Program-made: the position numbers and the translations under genes
Shown here: positions 1-13,509 of the stretch, in pieces
Layout: the number at the start of each line of letters is the position of its first letter
Numbering within the stretch: position 1 is the stretch's first letter
NCBI RefSeq assembly: GCF_018350175.1
Contig: NC_058368.1
Coordinates: forward strand, 9,920,001-9,984,000
Reading direction: 5' to 3'
Length of the DNA stretch: 64,000 nucleotides
Source of the DNA: Felis catus
Taxonomy: Eukaryota
Notes under the pieces: generated by a model
What the model was told of the DNA's origin: nothing
Database searches by the model: none
Seen by the model: only the letters and a program-made list of their open reading frames with translations

Positions 1-519
1 GCACGGGGGCCGCGTGTGTCAGGCCCCAAACTTTAGGGCTGGCTTTCCCAAGCGTCGCGTGTGTCCCCTCGCCCCGAGGCTTCCCACCCCTCCTTCGGCA
101 CCACCCCTCACCGTTACCTTTTAATTCCGCAGACACCGTGCGTCTGTGCCCGGGCCGAATGTCGATCTGTGCTTGGGCTAAAGAATAAGATGTGTTTCCC
201 TTCCTGAGCCCCAGCCGATGCCCGCTTGGAGGGCATGTGGCCTCCGTTGATCAGGCGGAGTTTAGGGGACATCAGAAGGGGGCTTCGTGGAGGGTGTGGC
301 GATTAAGATAGCTGCAGACATCCTTCTGGGTGGCCAGTCCCTAGAGCTCGGTGGGGCCGCCTCCCCGCTCCTGGCCCTACAGCCTGGGGAGTCCACTCCA
401 GCTCTCCAGGGCGTAAAGCCGGTCCTTGAGTGTTCCTGTTTCCGTGCAATTTGACCGGACACCCACTCCTCCCCCAAGTTCTTTTTCTCAGCATTCACCC
501 CCCCCCCCCCCCCCCCCCC

Positions 520-1290
520 CCGTTTAGAAGCGCACGGTTCTGTGCCATTAAGTACATTTGTATCGCTGTGCAACGGCCACCACTATCCACTTCCAGAGCT
601 TTGTCCTGGCCTCAACTGAGGCTCTCGACCCCTCAAGCGCGAGCGCCTCATTCCCCTCTTCCCCCCGACCCTGCCAATCACCCTTGTCCTTTCTGTCCCT
701 ATGACTTTGACTATAGGCAGCTCATGGGAGTGGAATCGGACGGTCTTTGTCCTTTTGCGACGACGACGGCTTATTTCACTTAGCGCAATGGCCTCAGAAT
801 TCAGCCACATTGTTGCCTGGGGCAGCATTTCCTTCCTTTCTCACGCTGAATCATGTCCCATTGTATGAATAGGCCACATCTTTACCCATTCATCCGTCTG
901 GGGACACTTGGGTGGCTTCCGCCTTTGGGTTTTTGTGACTGATGCTGCAGTGATAGTGATCATGGCTGTGCAACCATCTCTTTGAGGCCTTGCCCTCAGT
1001 TCTTTTGGGGGTATCCCCAGCTGTATAATTGGTGAATTGTATGGTAATCCCCTTTTAAAAATTTTTGAGGCGCCATCACACCATTTTCCACACCGGCTGT
1101 GTGCCATTTTACGTTCCCGCCACCCCGGGTTTCTCTTTCTCCCTGTCCTCACCAACCTCCCTGCCCACCAGCCCCCCCCCCCCCCCCCGCTTTTTTTAAG
1201 TAGTCATCCCAATGGGTGCGAAGTGTTATCTCATTGTGGTTTTGGTGTGCATTTCCCTAACGATTAGTGATGCGGAACATCTTTTCCGAA
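520..1290 (-). mobile_element. Old L1M 3' fragment
   Basis: The minus translation includes KPPKCPQTDEWVKMWPIHTM and LPYNSPIIQLGIPPKELRA (degenerate ORF2 C-terminus). Confidence 0.8.
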
Positions 1291-1977
1291 CCCATCTTCC
1301 TCTACTCGTTTCCTCCTAGCAAGCCAGCTCTGCTTTGTTGAGGAGTAAGCTGCGAGTGACAGAGGGCAGCGTCTGATAAGAGGGCAGCTTTTGACAAAGA
1401 GTGGAGACAGCGGACAAAGTGGAGGCGGCAGGGAAGCCTGAGCCGCGCCAGGAGAGGGGGTGAGGGAGGAGTCTTCTGAGGAGGGCCATCTAGAGATTTT
1501 GTCCTCACGAGGATCTTGTTCATCTGCGTTGGGCGACTTTGGGGGTCCGTTGTGTTTGTCCTGGCTCTGTAGGGATGTTTATGTATGTGTTGCTTGCGAG
1601 GGGCCAAGGGTGAAGGAGGGATTGATGACCTCCACCTTGTACGTATCGGAACGGCTGTTTTTGGAACTGCCTTTGCAAAAGTGAATTTAAGATTATGCTA
1701 ATGTAACAGAACCTTCTATCTGCATTTTCGGTTTCTTAAGAACTGTGGGAATTCTTGTCTAAGTGTTGAAATAATGATCTCTTTTTTTGCATGATCCCTC
1801 TTAAAAGCACAGGGAGATCTTTCAGAGGTATGAGAAATAGAACTTTCTATAACTCCATTCAACTTTTATTTTCAGATTTGTTCTGCTGCTGCCCAAAGCA
1901 CAATCTCAGTTAACTCAGGATTCTCTCTGTCTGCTTCTCTGGAGTTGTTTCCAAGGGCTGACACCTGGTTTTTAAAC

Positions 1978-2188
1978 TTTTTAAAAAATGTTTATTTATT
2001 CATTTGGAGAGACAGAGAGAAAGAGAGAGCAGGGGAGGGGTAGAGAGAGAAAAGAGAGAGAATACCAGGCAGGCTCCTCATTGTGAGCACGAGCCTGATG
2101 CGGGGCTCGAACTCACGAACCGTGAGATCGTGACCTGAGCCCAAATCTAGAGTTGGACGCTCAACTGACTGCACCCCCCGGGCACCCC
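1978..2188 (-). mobile_element. CanSINE (tRNA-derived)
   Basis: SINEC head, (CT)n and A-tail on the minus strand. Confidence 0.9.
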
Positions 2189-2402
2189 TCCAAGAGTTGG
2201 CACTTTGGAGGGGTGGTCGTTCATCTGGTGCTTGAGTCACACGGGCACACAGATTGCTGAGAAGGCCATTTTGCTCCTGTTGTGGGTCCCCTAGCTCTCC
2301 TGTGCATCCATTGAGGGATGGGGATCTCTTGTAAACTTGGTGCTGGTGCATCAACCATTCCATAAAGTCCTTCCTGGCCCAATCCCCTCTGCTTATGGAG
2401 CC

Positions 2403-2745
2403 TCGTTATGGCCTCCCCAGATTCGCATGTTAAAGTCTAATCTCCAGTGTGCTGGGTTTTGGAGGTGAGGCCTCCGGGAGGTACTTGGGTGAGCCCTCAT
2501 GAATAGGATTAGTGCCCTTTTAAGAAGAGGCCAGAGAGCCAGCTCAACCTTTTCCCACCGTGTGAGGCCACGGCAAGCGGTCAGCAGTCTGCAACCCGGA
2601 AGAAGGCTCTCCCCAGAACCTGACCAGGCTAGCATCCCGATCTGAGACCTCCAGCCTTCGGAACTGGGAGAGAGAGGGTGCTGCTGTTTATAAGTTACCC
2701 GCTCTGTGGCACTTTGTGGTGACAGCCTGAGCCAACTCAGATAGG
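2403..2745 (+). mobile_element. MaLR solo LTR (MLT1A-like)
   Basis: GCCCTCATGAATAGGATTAGTGCCCTTT...CTCCAGCCTTCGGAACTGGGAG...TGCTGTTTATAAGTTACCC matches the MLT1 layout. Confidence 0.85.
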
Positions 2746-3119
2746 ACCGCAAGCTTTTCTGTTCTCGTCATCCGTGCCCGCACCCCTCTGTTTCTCCTGC
2801 CCCTCGTGTGGCATGTGTAAGCGAGGTGTGTGTGTGAAAGGAAAAAGAAACAACACTAGATGTGCTCTTGATATCCCAGGTCCCGTCTGAAAGTCTGTGG
2901 GTGCCCTTCCAGTCAGACTCGTTTGAAAATATTATCTAATGTTCTCTATCAAGAGACCCTGGGGTCTCTCTTCCTCTGTCTTCACGTGGGTACAATGGTT
3001 TTCTGAAAAGAAGATGACTTAACAGGCCCGTTGTGTCTAAGAAGTTACAGGTGCTTATAAAACTCTAGAGCAGGCATTCCAGGAACTAGATGGTTCTGTG
3101 CATTGCAATTCCACTCTCC

Positions 3120-3248
3120 CACTAACATGTAAGCTCTCCAGGGACAGAGATTTTAGCCGGCTGTGCTCCCTGCTGAATCCCCAGCACCTACAACATTGTC
3201 TGCCACAGCAGGCACTCAATAACTATGTGCTGAGTCAATGAGGAAATA
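3120..3248 (+). mobile_element. L2 3' end
   Basis: ATGTAAGCTC...CCCCAGCACCTACAACATTGTCTGCCACAGCAGGCACTCAATAACT. Confidence 0.7.
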
Positions 3249-3289
3249 AAAGCCGTAAGCTCTCAAGTAAACTGGAAAAAAAGAAAATG

Positions 3290-3900
3290 TAACAGAAAAA
3301 TTAAATTGCTAGTATAAGGAGCACTTACCAATTAATATGAAAAACCTCTTTGCAACTCAACCAAAAGAAATCAAACAAATGCAAAAGAATGGGGGCATGA
3401 ATCGAATATTCCCGAAAGAGGAAATACACTTGACCATTATAATCATAGAAGTTTGGCTGTCAAAATCAAAATTAAATGGCATAAAAATTTTCTTTTTCCC
3501 AAGTAGCAAAAAAAAGAGAAAAGAGATAACACTAAAACACCATCATGGATATAGAGGCTGTTCTCACACAGGACTGATGGGTGTGAACTTGGAGTATTTT
3601 TTCTGGATGGCGGTTTGGTAGCATAAACATTAAACAATGCTTATCCCCTATCCTTCTAGAAGTTCTATGTTAGAAGTCACAAGAAAGCAAACAGAGATGT
3701 GACTAAAGTTTTTATTATCACAGTATTATATATCATAGTGATTAATAGGAAACGACCTGAACATCCCGCAATAGAAGAAAATGATGAATGTGGCATATTT
3801 AGAAGATAGAGTATTAGTTATACAGACATCAGAAATAATTTTTTAAAAGAATGTTAAAAACACATAGGTGTGATAAAGCGTGGTAAGTTAAAAGTAGGAT
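3290..3900 (+). mobile_element. Degenerate L1M fragment
   Basis: A-rich, with GGMNRIFPKEEIH-like ORF2 remnant and 3'UTR-like motifs. Confidence 0.55.
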
Positions 3901-3933
3901 AGAGAAACGTATAATCATAAAAACAATATTTTC

Positions 3934-3952
3934 TTTTTTTAAAAAAACCTAT

Positions 3953-3991
<39 letters not shown>

Positions 3992-4184
3992 TTTTAGAGA
4001 GAGAGAGAGAGAGAGAGAGAGGGACCAAGCAAGCGGAAGGTGCAGAGAGAAGGGGACAGAGGATCCGAAGCGGGCTCCACGCTGACAGCAGAGAACCTGA
4101 TACGGGGCTCAAACTCACGAACCGCGAGATCATGACCTGAACTGAAGTCAGACGCTTAACTGACTAAGACACCCAGACGCTCCC
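3934..4184 (-). mobile_element. CanSINE
   Basis: TSD ATAAA(A/G)ACAATATTTT; (TTTA)n tail. Confidence 0.9.
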
Positions 4185-4299
4185 ATAAAGACAATATTTT
4201 CAAAGAAGATTTGGCAACAGAGCCTTGATAAAATGTCAAGTTCAAAGGTAAGATGGGGACTCGTCCAATCATGATAACTCAGAACTGCCCGGTGTTTTC

Positions 4300-4512
4300 T
4301 ACGCATCTGGCTGGTACGGACGTGACATATATATCACCTCACTTAAACCCCTAGCAACCCTATGAGGCAGACTCTATGATTCTAATTTTGCAGGTGAAAG
4401 AATGTGCACAGGAAGCAATTTGTTCAGGTTATAGAGCCAGTGAGCGGTGGGACCAGGTTTCAGACCTGGAGTCAGGCTCCGGAGGCCACGCTTGTAACCT
4501 TGACCCACACAG
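4300..4512 (-). mobile_element. MIR fragment
   Basis: CAACCCTATGAGGCAG...ATTTTGCAGGTGA resembles the MIR core. Confidence 0.6.
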
Positions 4513-4548
4513 CCTCTCACTGCCTGTGGGGCAGGAGCCCACAGGGCG

Positions 4549-4552
<4 letters not shown>

Positions 4553-4580
<28 letters not shown>
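4553..4580. repeat. (GT)n microsatellite
   Basis: Direct reading. Confidence 0.95.
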
Positions 4581-4993
4581 AGTTTTGGTGAAACCTCCAA
4601 AAGAGTGTTAGTGGTTATGCCTGGGTGGTGGTTTGTATTTTCTTCTTTACCTCTTTTTGCTATTTCCTCAAGCATTTGCAGCGAGCAGTACTTTTAAGGA
4701 GCCAGTGATGAAAGGCGACAGCAGCAGTTTCCCGAAATTACAGGTAGAGGGTGGTAGGTGGTTATTCTCCACTTGGTCTGTCTGGGGCCAGAAGAGTGCC
4801 CGCGTGAGGTGGCGACTTGGGCAGCCCAGCATGCGGACTTGTGGGTCTTGGCCGAGCACAGCGTAACCGTCAACGCTGGCCTCTCTTCTCCAAGTCTTCA
4901 ACCCCCTGAGAGAAGGGTGTCTGGGGAACGTGTAAACTTCTGCGGGGAGTTTTACAACGTGTGACTCTTCAGTAATGAATATGCTTTCATTTA

Positions 4994-5219
4994 TTTATTA
5001 AAAAAATTTGTTTTAAACGCTTATTTATTTTTGAGAGAGAGAGAGAGAGAGAGAGAACAAGCAAGGCAGGGGCAGAGAGAGGGAGACACAGAATCCGAAG
5101 CAGGCTCCAGGCTCCGAGTTTCGGTACAGAGCCCAATGCGGGGCTCGAACCCACAAGCCGTGACATCATGACTTGAGCCAAGGTCGGCCGCTCAACCGCC
5201 TGAGCCACCCGGGCACCCC
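4994..5219 (-). mobile_element. CanSINE
   Basis: TSD AATATGCTTTCATTTA. Confidence 0.92.
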
Positions 5220-6269
5220 AAATATGCTTTCATTTAAAAAGAGATGTGGCGTGCCTGAGATTTTAGGTCACTCTTGTATTTCTTCTTAATGTTCAAAAAC
5301 ACTTCTTTGCATTAATCATTTGTCTTTTTCTACCATGAGTCGTTTTCATCTGGGAAGCATAACCCAACCTACTGGAGAGTATTAAGACTTTTCTCTTTAG
5401 CGTTGGTGAATATACTATGAAAAATTTCATACCTTTGGGGCTAAATGACAGCAGATACTTATTGAATCTTGTAAGGAACTGGGCTGGATGCTTCGGGGAC
5501 CTCCCTTCTGCCCAAGACTCTCTGACACATCATTCCTGCCCACAGATCGCTTTAATCTACTTTGGGAACCAGGAGATATATAAAAACGTTTCAAGACAGC
5601 ATGTGCCAACTGCATGGCACAGATGGTAAGTGTTTTAGGAATGTGAGGTGGGAATAATCACTGAACAGTCAGTAAACAATCAGTGGAAGAAGTGGGTCTT
5701 GGGCTGTCCTTGGCAGGATCCTTTAGCCGGGGAGGAGAAGGAACAGAGGCGGAGAACAGAAGATCAGCCCAGAGGAAGCAGAGGATTTACATAGGCTGCG
5801 ATGGGACATAAAGAAAGCTAATTGGTGACAGAGTATGGAGGGCCCTGAATACCCAGCGAGAAAATTTGCATTACGAATGGTATTGTTCCTAAGAGTGGAA
5901 AATTTTTAATGACTTAAATACTCATCAAAGAGACAATGTACACATTTCTATGGCATATTTATCCAAAGTGCGGCGAGGATGCGGTGAAAATTTTGAGCAG
6001 AAGGCTTGATCACAGCCAGGTTCGGGGGACGTTTCGTCCAGCACGGGAGGATGGGAGAGCGAGCTGGAAGGAGGATGACCAGTTGGGTGACTGTTTCTAT
6101 AAACTCGATGTGGAGAGAGGAGGCCTTGATGGGGCCACGGAGAATGGAAAGGACACGAAAGACAAAGGCAAGCAGTGGGATGCGGTTGATAAACATGCAT
6201 GTTAGAGCCGTTGACTTGGTGCTACTGATGGCAATGACTCTGGCTTTCAGATCTAATGATTGCATAGGG

Positions 6270-6526
6270 TTTTTTTAATGTTTATTTATTAAATTTTTTT
6301 AACGCTTATTTATTTTTGAGAGACAGAGACATGAGCATGGGAGGGGCAGAGGGAGGAGGAGACACAGAATCCGAAGCAGGTGCCAGGCTCTGAGCCCGGC
6401 TCAGAGCAGGTGCCAGGCTCTGTGCAGGTGTCAGCACAGAGCCCGATGAGGGGCTCACACTCATGACCTGAGATCATGACCTGAGTCAAGGTCAGACACT
6501 TAACCGACTGAGCCACCCAGGCGCCA
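6270..6526 (-). mobile_element. CanSINE with an internal duplication
   Basis: AGCAGGTGCCAGGCTCTG occurs twice in the body. Confidence 0.9.
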
Positions 6527-6929
6527 CCCCCTCCCCCCACCCTTTTTAAAAAAGAAGTTCCACAATTTTTCTTACAGGTCTGCCATACAATAGAGGCTCA
6601 GCACAATTTTTTCAATACATGGGCTGTTCCAGGTGCCCTGTTGTATTGCTGTAGCCCTTACTAACAAGATTGTTTTTCTGATTTCTAATCTAAACATTGC
6701 TGTATGTTAAAACCCCATTTCTCAAGTGCATCTTTTGTGAAGAAGACTTACTTAGTCTCGCTGGTTGTACACTTCCGTGTGTGTAAAGTAAGGCATGCTT
6801 CAGCTTGGTTTCATTGTGATAAATGGTAACAACCCCTTTAACATTTGTCTTTAAGTCTGATCTCGCAATACAAATTTGCTTGTATGAGCAAGGTGCTTGT
6901 ACAAAATAAAAATTGGATTTGTGTAATGT

Positions 6930-7740
6930 CCCGGAGACCAACAACCTGGAAAGACTTTATTTATTCGTGTATTTATTCATATATTAACTGAAGCGTTACT
7001 TTGTGCCCTAAGGAAGACAGGATGATGACCTCAGGGTAAGAGGGGATTTCATAAACACAACGTAAGTATGAACATAAAAGGTTGATGTATTTGATTACAC
7101 TTAAAACGTATGTTAAATGAATGAGCAAAAAGTAAACATTTAAAAACCAAATCGACTGAGAGAAGACCTTGCAACACGTGTGCCCCACAAAGCCTTAGTA
7201 TCCAGAATTCGTAAAGAATGCCTACCAATTAGCGGAAGAGGAACAACAAAACAGAAACGCAGGCAAACCCTCAGTGAAGAGGAAATCCGTATTGCCAGCA
7301 AACTCATGAGAAGACCTTCAACTCTTCTAATAATCTGGGAAGCAGCGTCGCAGTGAGACGTCATTTCACACCCACCAGACTGGCGGAATGTAAGAGACTT
7401 GAAAAACAATTGGTGAGGGTGGAACACTGGCACTTTTATCTCTTATGGATGAGAGCTGGCGCACATGCCCTGGAGAGCAATTTGTCAGTTTCCTGGTGAA
7501 GTTAGACTCCCTCCCTCCAGTGCAGAGTATCCCTCCTCCAGACTTGTACAGAAGGATGTATACAAGACTGTTTGATCCAATATTGTTCTTAACACTGAAA
7601 CATTTTAAATGACTCTAATAGTCATCTAAAGGGTCTGTATAAATAAACATGGCATATTTAGACACTGCAATGCTATATAGCAGTTTCAATGTGTATATAT
7701 CTAAAAATATAGTGTTGCAGAAAGCATAGGTACAGAAGTC
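6930..7740 (+). mobile_element. Degenerate L1M ORF2/3' fragment
   Basis: AAAGCCTTAGTATCCAGAATTCGTAAAGAA and GAGACGTCATTTCACACCCACCAGACTGGC resemble L1 ORF2 motifs. Confidence 0.7.
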
Positions 7741-7854
7741 CATGTGACTGGCAACAGATCAAATAATACAGAGCAGGTTATAGGGGAAAGTCGTGGACTT
7801 CCACATTTCCTCCCCTCCTTGAATCCCAAACTCAGAGAAAATGTTTTCTTTTCT

Positions 7855-7992
7855 TTTCCTTCCTTCCTTCCTTCCTTCCTTCCTTCCTTCCTTCCTTCCT
7901 CCCTCCCTCCCTCCCTCCCTCCCTCCCTCCCTCCCTCCCTCTTTTTCTTTTCTTTCTTCCCTCCTTTCTTTCCTACCTACCTTCCTTTCCTT
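7855..7992. repeat. (TTCC)n(CTCC)n polypyrimidine microsatellite
   Basis: Direct reading. Confidence 0.95.
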
Positions 7993-7999
7993 CAAAACA

Positions 8000-8905
8000 G
8001 GTTCTTTATTTAGTTCTTCTTGTGGCTACCTTCAGAACTCTAGATTATATGTTGTTACCTCTATTTACCTATTTGGAAGACTTTTAACATCTTTTAACTC
8101 TTCAATATGAAGATTTTACTTTGCACTTCCCAGACTACCACCCTCTTCCCAGTATTAATATTTACATTTGTGATAGGCAGAGTTTTTGAGTTTATAAGTA
8201 CTCCTCTGTGGTTCTCTGAATGTTCCATTTTCATAGCAACCTGTTCTTGTTGCATGGATACAAGAGGGCTGGGGGTGGGCCTATGGTTCAGCCTACAGAC
8301 TTTCACTTAACATTTGGTTGTGGGTGTGGCATCAGCTGAGATTGCATCTGAGCCTGCAGTAGAGCCCCTCATTTGCCTGGTAAGCCCCAACGTTTTGCTC
8401 ATAGATAAGGCGGAAAGACTGCCTAGCTGATGTGGGCTTCCACAGTGGTCTGTTCTCAAGCCAGTTATCTTTACCAACTAGGATTTGGATTCAGAGCTCT
8501 GGGTAAAGTGGGCGAGAAGGGGGCTGTCAGGCTGCAGGGGCCTCCAAATAGAGGCTTAAAGAAAGAGGGCTGAAATATTTTGTTTAGTATCTTTGGGTCT
8601 TGTTTTGTTTTGCATGGGAGTAAATGCTGAGTGCTGGCTTTCTGGGTCGTGACGGGAAAAATGGTGTGAAGGGTAGTTGTCCATGTAAGACATTCACAAG
8701 TTCTCTCTCTTTTCAGCCCACTTCTTGCTTCTGTCTTCTAGCCCAGCTGCTGACTCAGAGCCCAGAAACATGTCAGGGTTCTAGTAGGTAGATCAGCTTC
8801 CAGCATCTCTGCAACAACCACAGAAAATTCGAGACTGTGGCTTCTTTTTCAGTTTCATTAGTTAACTTGTTTCATTCTGTCTTGCAGCTTTCAAAACTTT
8901 TAGAT
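8000..8905 (-). mobile_element. HAL1/old L1-like fragment
   Basis: TTCTCTGAATGTTCCATTTTCATAGCAACCTGTTCTTGTTGCATGGATA resembles recalled HAL1. Confidence 0.45.
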
Positions 8906-9142
8906 ACCTCTCTTATTGGAATGGCAGAAACCACCAGCTGAGCACCCAATATTCATACTATCTTTCTTACTCACAAAACCCCTCTATTGGGAGTGGTAGC
9001 TGAATAACACAGCCTCGCTTTCCTTGCACAGAGAAATGGCCAATGAAACGTAAGTAAGTGGAAGTCTTTAAGGCAGCCTGCCAGAAAAGAAAAAAAAAAG
9101 CAAAAAAAACCCCCCAATAACAACAACTCTTCAAAGAGACAT

Positions 9143-9480
9143 TGGGCTCCTGGCTGGCTCAGTCAGTAGAGCGTGTGACTCCTGATCTTGGGGTTGTGAG
9201 TGTGAGACCCACACTGGGTGCAGAGATTACTTAAAAACCTTTAAGGACACCTGGGTGGCTCAGTCGGTTAAGTGTCTGACTCTTGATTTTGGCCCAGGTC
9301 ATGATCTCATGGTTTCGTGGGCTTGAGCCCTGCTTTGGGCTCTGTGCTGGCAGCACGGAGCCTGCTTGGGATTCTCTCTCTCCCTCTCTCTCTGCCCCTG
9401 CCCCACTCATACTGTCTCTGTCTCTCTCAAAATAAATAAACTTAAAAAAAATTTTTTAAATAAAAATAAAAATCTTAAAA
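9143..9480 (+). mobile_element. Short tRNA-head CanSINE with a second CanSINE (~9245 onward) inserted in its tail
   Basis: Two successive GG..CCTGG(C/G)TGGCTCAGTC heads. Confidence 0.85.
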
Positions 9481-9965
9481 AAGAGAGAGAGAGAAAGAGA
9501 TTGACAGACTCAGCCAGCATTTCTTCCTGCTTATCCTTCCCCCTTTATTTTCCTTCCTGTGTGGAATAGCTCTGTTTCTTGGAGCCGTGGCAGCCACTTT
9601 GGCACAACTAGGAAAGGTCAAGAACTCTTGGAGACCTCAGCCCTGGCATCTTTCTGTATTTTCAAATATTTGCCCCTTCAGAGGAGGATTAGATATCCTT
9701 GCCTGCTGCCTTGGGACTGTGGGAAGAATATACTTCCATGCTTCATTGTCAAGTTTGGCCATGTGATTTGCTTTGGCTGATAAAATATGAGTGTCAGAAA
9801 CTTGCAGAGCATTGCACACGTCCACTCGCATTTTTGCTCTCTTCCCTTTGCTGTTAAAAAGGCACATCAAGGAGAGAAGTTGTTCCTTTAGCCCAGATTC
9901 CGTTATGAGAAGACATCTAGAAGTGACTGGCAACCTATAAAATCAGTTAGAAATAAACCTTTGTT

Positions 9966-10181
9966 GAGGCACCTGGCTGGCTCGGCTGGTAGTGTGTGTG
10001 ACTCTTGATCTTGGGGTTGTGAGTTTGGGCCCCACGTAGAGCTCTACGCTGGCAGCATGGAGCCTACTTGGGATTCTCCCTCTCCCTCTCTCTCTGCCCC
10101 TCCCTCACTTGCACTGTCTCTGTCTCTCTCAAAATAAGTCAATAAACTTTTAAATAAATAAGTAAATAAATAAATAAAAAA

Positions 10182-10220
<39 letters not shown>

Positions 10221-10236
10221 ACAGGTAAATAAATAA
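9966..10236 (+). mobile_element. CanSINE with an (AAAT)n tail
   Basis: TSD AAATAAACCTTTGT. Confidence 0.9.
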
Positions 10237-11480
10237 ACCTTTGTCATGGTAAGCCACGGAGATTTTAGGTTTTGTCACCACAGTGTTACGTAGTGAAAGT
10301 TGGCTTGTGCGATACGTAACAGGATACAGAAATCGTGGGTAACAAACGGCGTATTAGGTGTTGGTGTTTCAGAGCTGAAGGAAAAGGGTGAAAAGCGCTC
10401 ACACATCCCAGAGAGAGACACTCGCTCAACCCGCAGCGCTTGGCATGATTTGGGGAGACCAGTTCTGAAATTCTGCACTTGTGACTGTTTGGATCCCCTT
10501 GGGAGCAGACACTGAACTGGTTACCAGTGCAGAGCAATGGCTGTAAAAACTGATGGAGGAAACAGGATTGGACGGGGACGCCCCAGACTGTGGTGGCAGT
10601 CTGAGGAAGTAGTAGCCAACCCAGTGGGGAGCTCTGGGCCAGCAGTTGTCCACCAGTGGGTACCACATGGGGCAGGCATGGCGAGGCCCTAGGGTGACCC
10701 CTGTCTGAGGTTCCACAGTGACCCCTCTGCTGGGGAGTCTGTACGTGTCTATCCCTTCAAGTGGGTGCTCCTTTTCCGGGTGATCTGCCACCACTCGGCT
10801 CAGTCCCCATCCCCAGAAGCAGTAAGCGCTGGCCTCTTCCTGCTTGCGTGTCCCCCCGGCAGGCAGTTCTCTGGGCAGGGATCCTCTGGGGCTCCCGACA
10901 GCTACCTTCCGCAGTGCCCATCTGGGCCGTGGAAAACCCTGTGCATCTCTTCCCTTTTTGTTAAGCTGTGGTAAAAACCATATCACAAACTTCACCATCT
11001 TGATCCTTTAAAATGTACAGGTCAGTAGGGTTAACTATATTCACATTGCTGTGCACAGGAACCATGTGCGTTTTTAGCCGACGAATTCCAGGAGCTCCCG
11101 CTGTTACCCTCATCCCGTGCCCCTGGCACCAGGGTCCATGCTTCCCAAACTGAAGACACACAAATCGAGCTCTAGCAAGATCCATCCCGCCGCCCTCTGC
11201 CCATCCTACAGCAGCACCAGGCACATGTCCTTCCGCGTGCGAGAGGGGCTCCCGCTTTCTTCCAGCGGTTCCCTTATATCTCCTTTCACTTGTTGCTTGA
11301 TCTGGGGGGAAAAGCATCCAGCTCCTGTCTCAGGGAGGGGGAAGAGGGCATCTTTAGAGCTTTCAGGCTAACGTTTCTTAAAGAAAACTCCGTTCCTGGG
11401 TCCCTAGAAGTAGGTGATTTTTAGGTGATTGTGGAAGCCATGCAGGTGCTCTGGATTCTCTCTACAGGAAAGAACTCGCA

Positions 11481-11682
11481 GGGGCACCTGGGTGGCTCAG
11501 TCAGTTGAACGGCAGCCTTTGGCTCAGGTCGCGATCTCACGGTTTGTGAGTTTGAGCCCCCGTCAGGCTCGCTGCTGTCAACACGGAACCCACTTGGGAT
11601 CCTCTGTTCCCCCTCTGTCTGCACCTCCCCCACTTGTGCTCTCTCTCTCTCTCTCTCTCTCTCAAAAAGAAAGAAAGAAAGA
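11481..11682 (+). mobile_element. CanSINE
   Basis: GGGGCACCTGGGTGGCTCAGTC head; TSD approximately AAAGAACT. Confidence 0.9.
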
Positions 11683-11684
11683 AC

Positions 11685-11950
11685 TTGCTGCCAGAGGGGA
11701 GGGGTGGGGGAGATGAGCGATATAGACGAAGGGGATTAAGAGGTATAAACTTCCAGTTATGAAATCAATAAGGCACAGGGATGAGAAGAAGTCGTCAATA
11801 ATGTTGTAAAAACGTTGGATGGTGACAGATGGTAACCACACTGGAGGTGGTGCGCGTTGTATAATGTACAGAACTGTTGACGCACTACCCTGAACACCTG
11901 AAACTAACATGACATTGTATGTCAATGAAGCTCCAATAAAAAGAAAAAAG
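11685..11950 (+). mobile_element. L1 3'UTR end (carnivore/L1MA-like)
   Basis: ...CACCTGAAACTAACATGACATTGTATGTCAA...AATAAA followed by an A-rich tail. Confidence 0.8.
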
Positions 11951-12825
11951 GAAAGAAAGAATCTGCCGGGTGCCGTGAAGAGTGTGGACCTCTGGCCTCC
12001 GGCCGTGGCACCCTCAGCGTCTGCTACAGTATCTGAGCCAAGACCTTGAGCTTCTGTGAAGTTCCCAGCGGAGGGATTGTCTACGGGACAATCACAGCGG
12101 AACCTCCAAACTGGCTCGGAAGAGAAGTAGGCACGGGCTACCGTGGCAGTGGCCGCTGGACGGCAGAGAGAAGAGCAAACAGGACCAGCTAAGTAAGGAA
12201 ACAGCACAGGCACTCCCTTCCCACCTCCACTCCCCGCTGCCCCCCATCTCTTCTTTCCTCTGGTCCTGGGAGTGAGATGGGGAGGAAGCAGTGCGGGGGG
12301 TCTCGCTGCTGGCCTTGGCCTGTGCATGTTCTCCATGAGCAAGCTCCGAGTCTCTGCTCTTGGGTTTTGCTCCGCACGCCCACTCCAGGGAGGAAAGGAT
12401 AGCTCCCTGGCCTTGCACACGGAGTGCTGGTGTTTGGTGATGTCTCACAGGGAACATCCTGATTCACCCGGAGGGCTTGGTGAAGTCTCTGATGGGAGGA
12501 GCACAAGCAAGGCGGGACTTATCCACACCGGAGAAGACACTTGGAAGACAGAGGCTTAAAGTCTAGCCCAGGGAGACATTTCCTTCTACTCTGGAGCAGA
12601 ATGAAGACGAGCTCTTGGCAATGTGGTTGAGGACAGACACAGTGGCAGAAGGAAATCCCCGGTGAGGGGAGGTGGACAGAGAGGAGATGACACAGAGAGG
12701 ACAGAGACAGAGAGAGGGAGAGAGAGAAGGCAACAAGGAGAGGAGAATATAGAATGGAGAAGGTTCAGGATACCCCGATGCCAGATCTAACACTCGTATC
12801 CCAAATTAAAGGGCACGGGGATCTT

Positions 12826-13046
12826 GTTTTTAATTTTTTTTTAATGTTTATTTTTATTTTTGATACAGAGACAGAGCGCAAGCGGGAGAAGGGCAGAGAG
12901 GGAGGAGGGAGACACAGAATCTGAAGCAGGCTCCAGGCTCTGAGCTGTCAGCACAGAGCCCGACACGGGGCTCGAACTCACGGACCGCGAGATCATGACC
13001 TGAGCCGAAGTTGGACGCCCAACCGACTGAGCCACCCAGGCGCCCC
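12826..13046 (-). mobile_element. CanSINE (felid type)
   Basis: 16-bp TSD AGGGCACGGGGATCTT at 12810-12825 and 13047-13062. Confidence 0.95.
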
Positions 13047-13509
13047 AGGGCACGGGGATCTTTATACGTCCTGTGAGATACCTCCAGGTAGTGTTCCAGA
13101 GTCATGAACCGAACGATAGGTGGCCCCCCCCACCACCAATGCTGTGTAAGCACACTCTTTTCCATAATCACTCTTGCATAGCATTTTTTCATTTTTATTG
13201 ATTTGCCTTAATTTAATACATGTATAAGAATATCTTCCATTTTAAAAAAATTTGCATTTCTTTAATAGCTTTGGAGGCTGTGCACTTGATTCCTTGGTGA
13301 TTTACTCTGCCAATAAACATGTAATCCCTACCGGGAGCATGTTTTATCTGTGTAATAAACCATAATAAAAAATAAAAAGGAATCCGCTGACTATGAATGA
13401 GACACGTTGACAGGTACCGGGGTTAGAGAGGTTAGAGAGCAACTTGCAGTTTGGTGGGGGACCCTGGGCCTGTGCATCAAAGGGATTACAATCAAAAAAG
13501 GCAGAGTTT

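Noticed and set aside
11662..12420. 252-aa minus-strand ORF
   Set aside because: It runs through an L1 3'UTR and a SINE tail and has no coherent protein signature.
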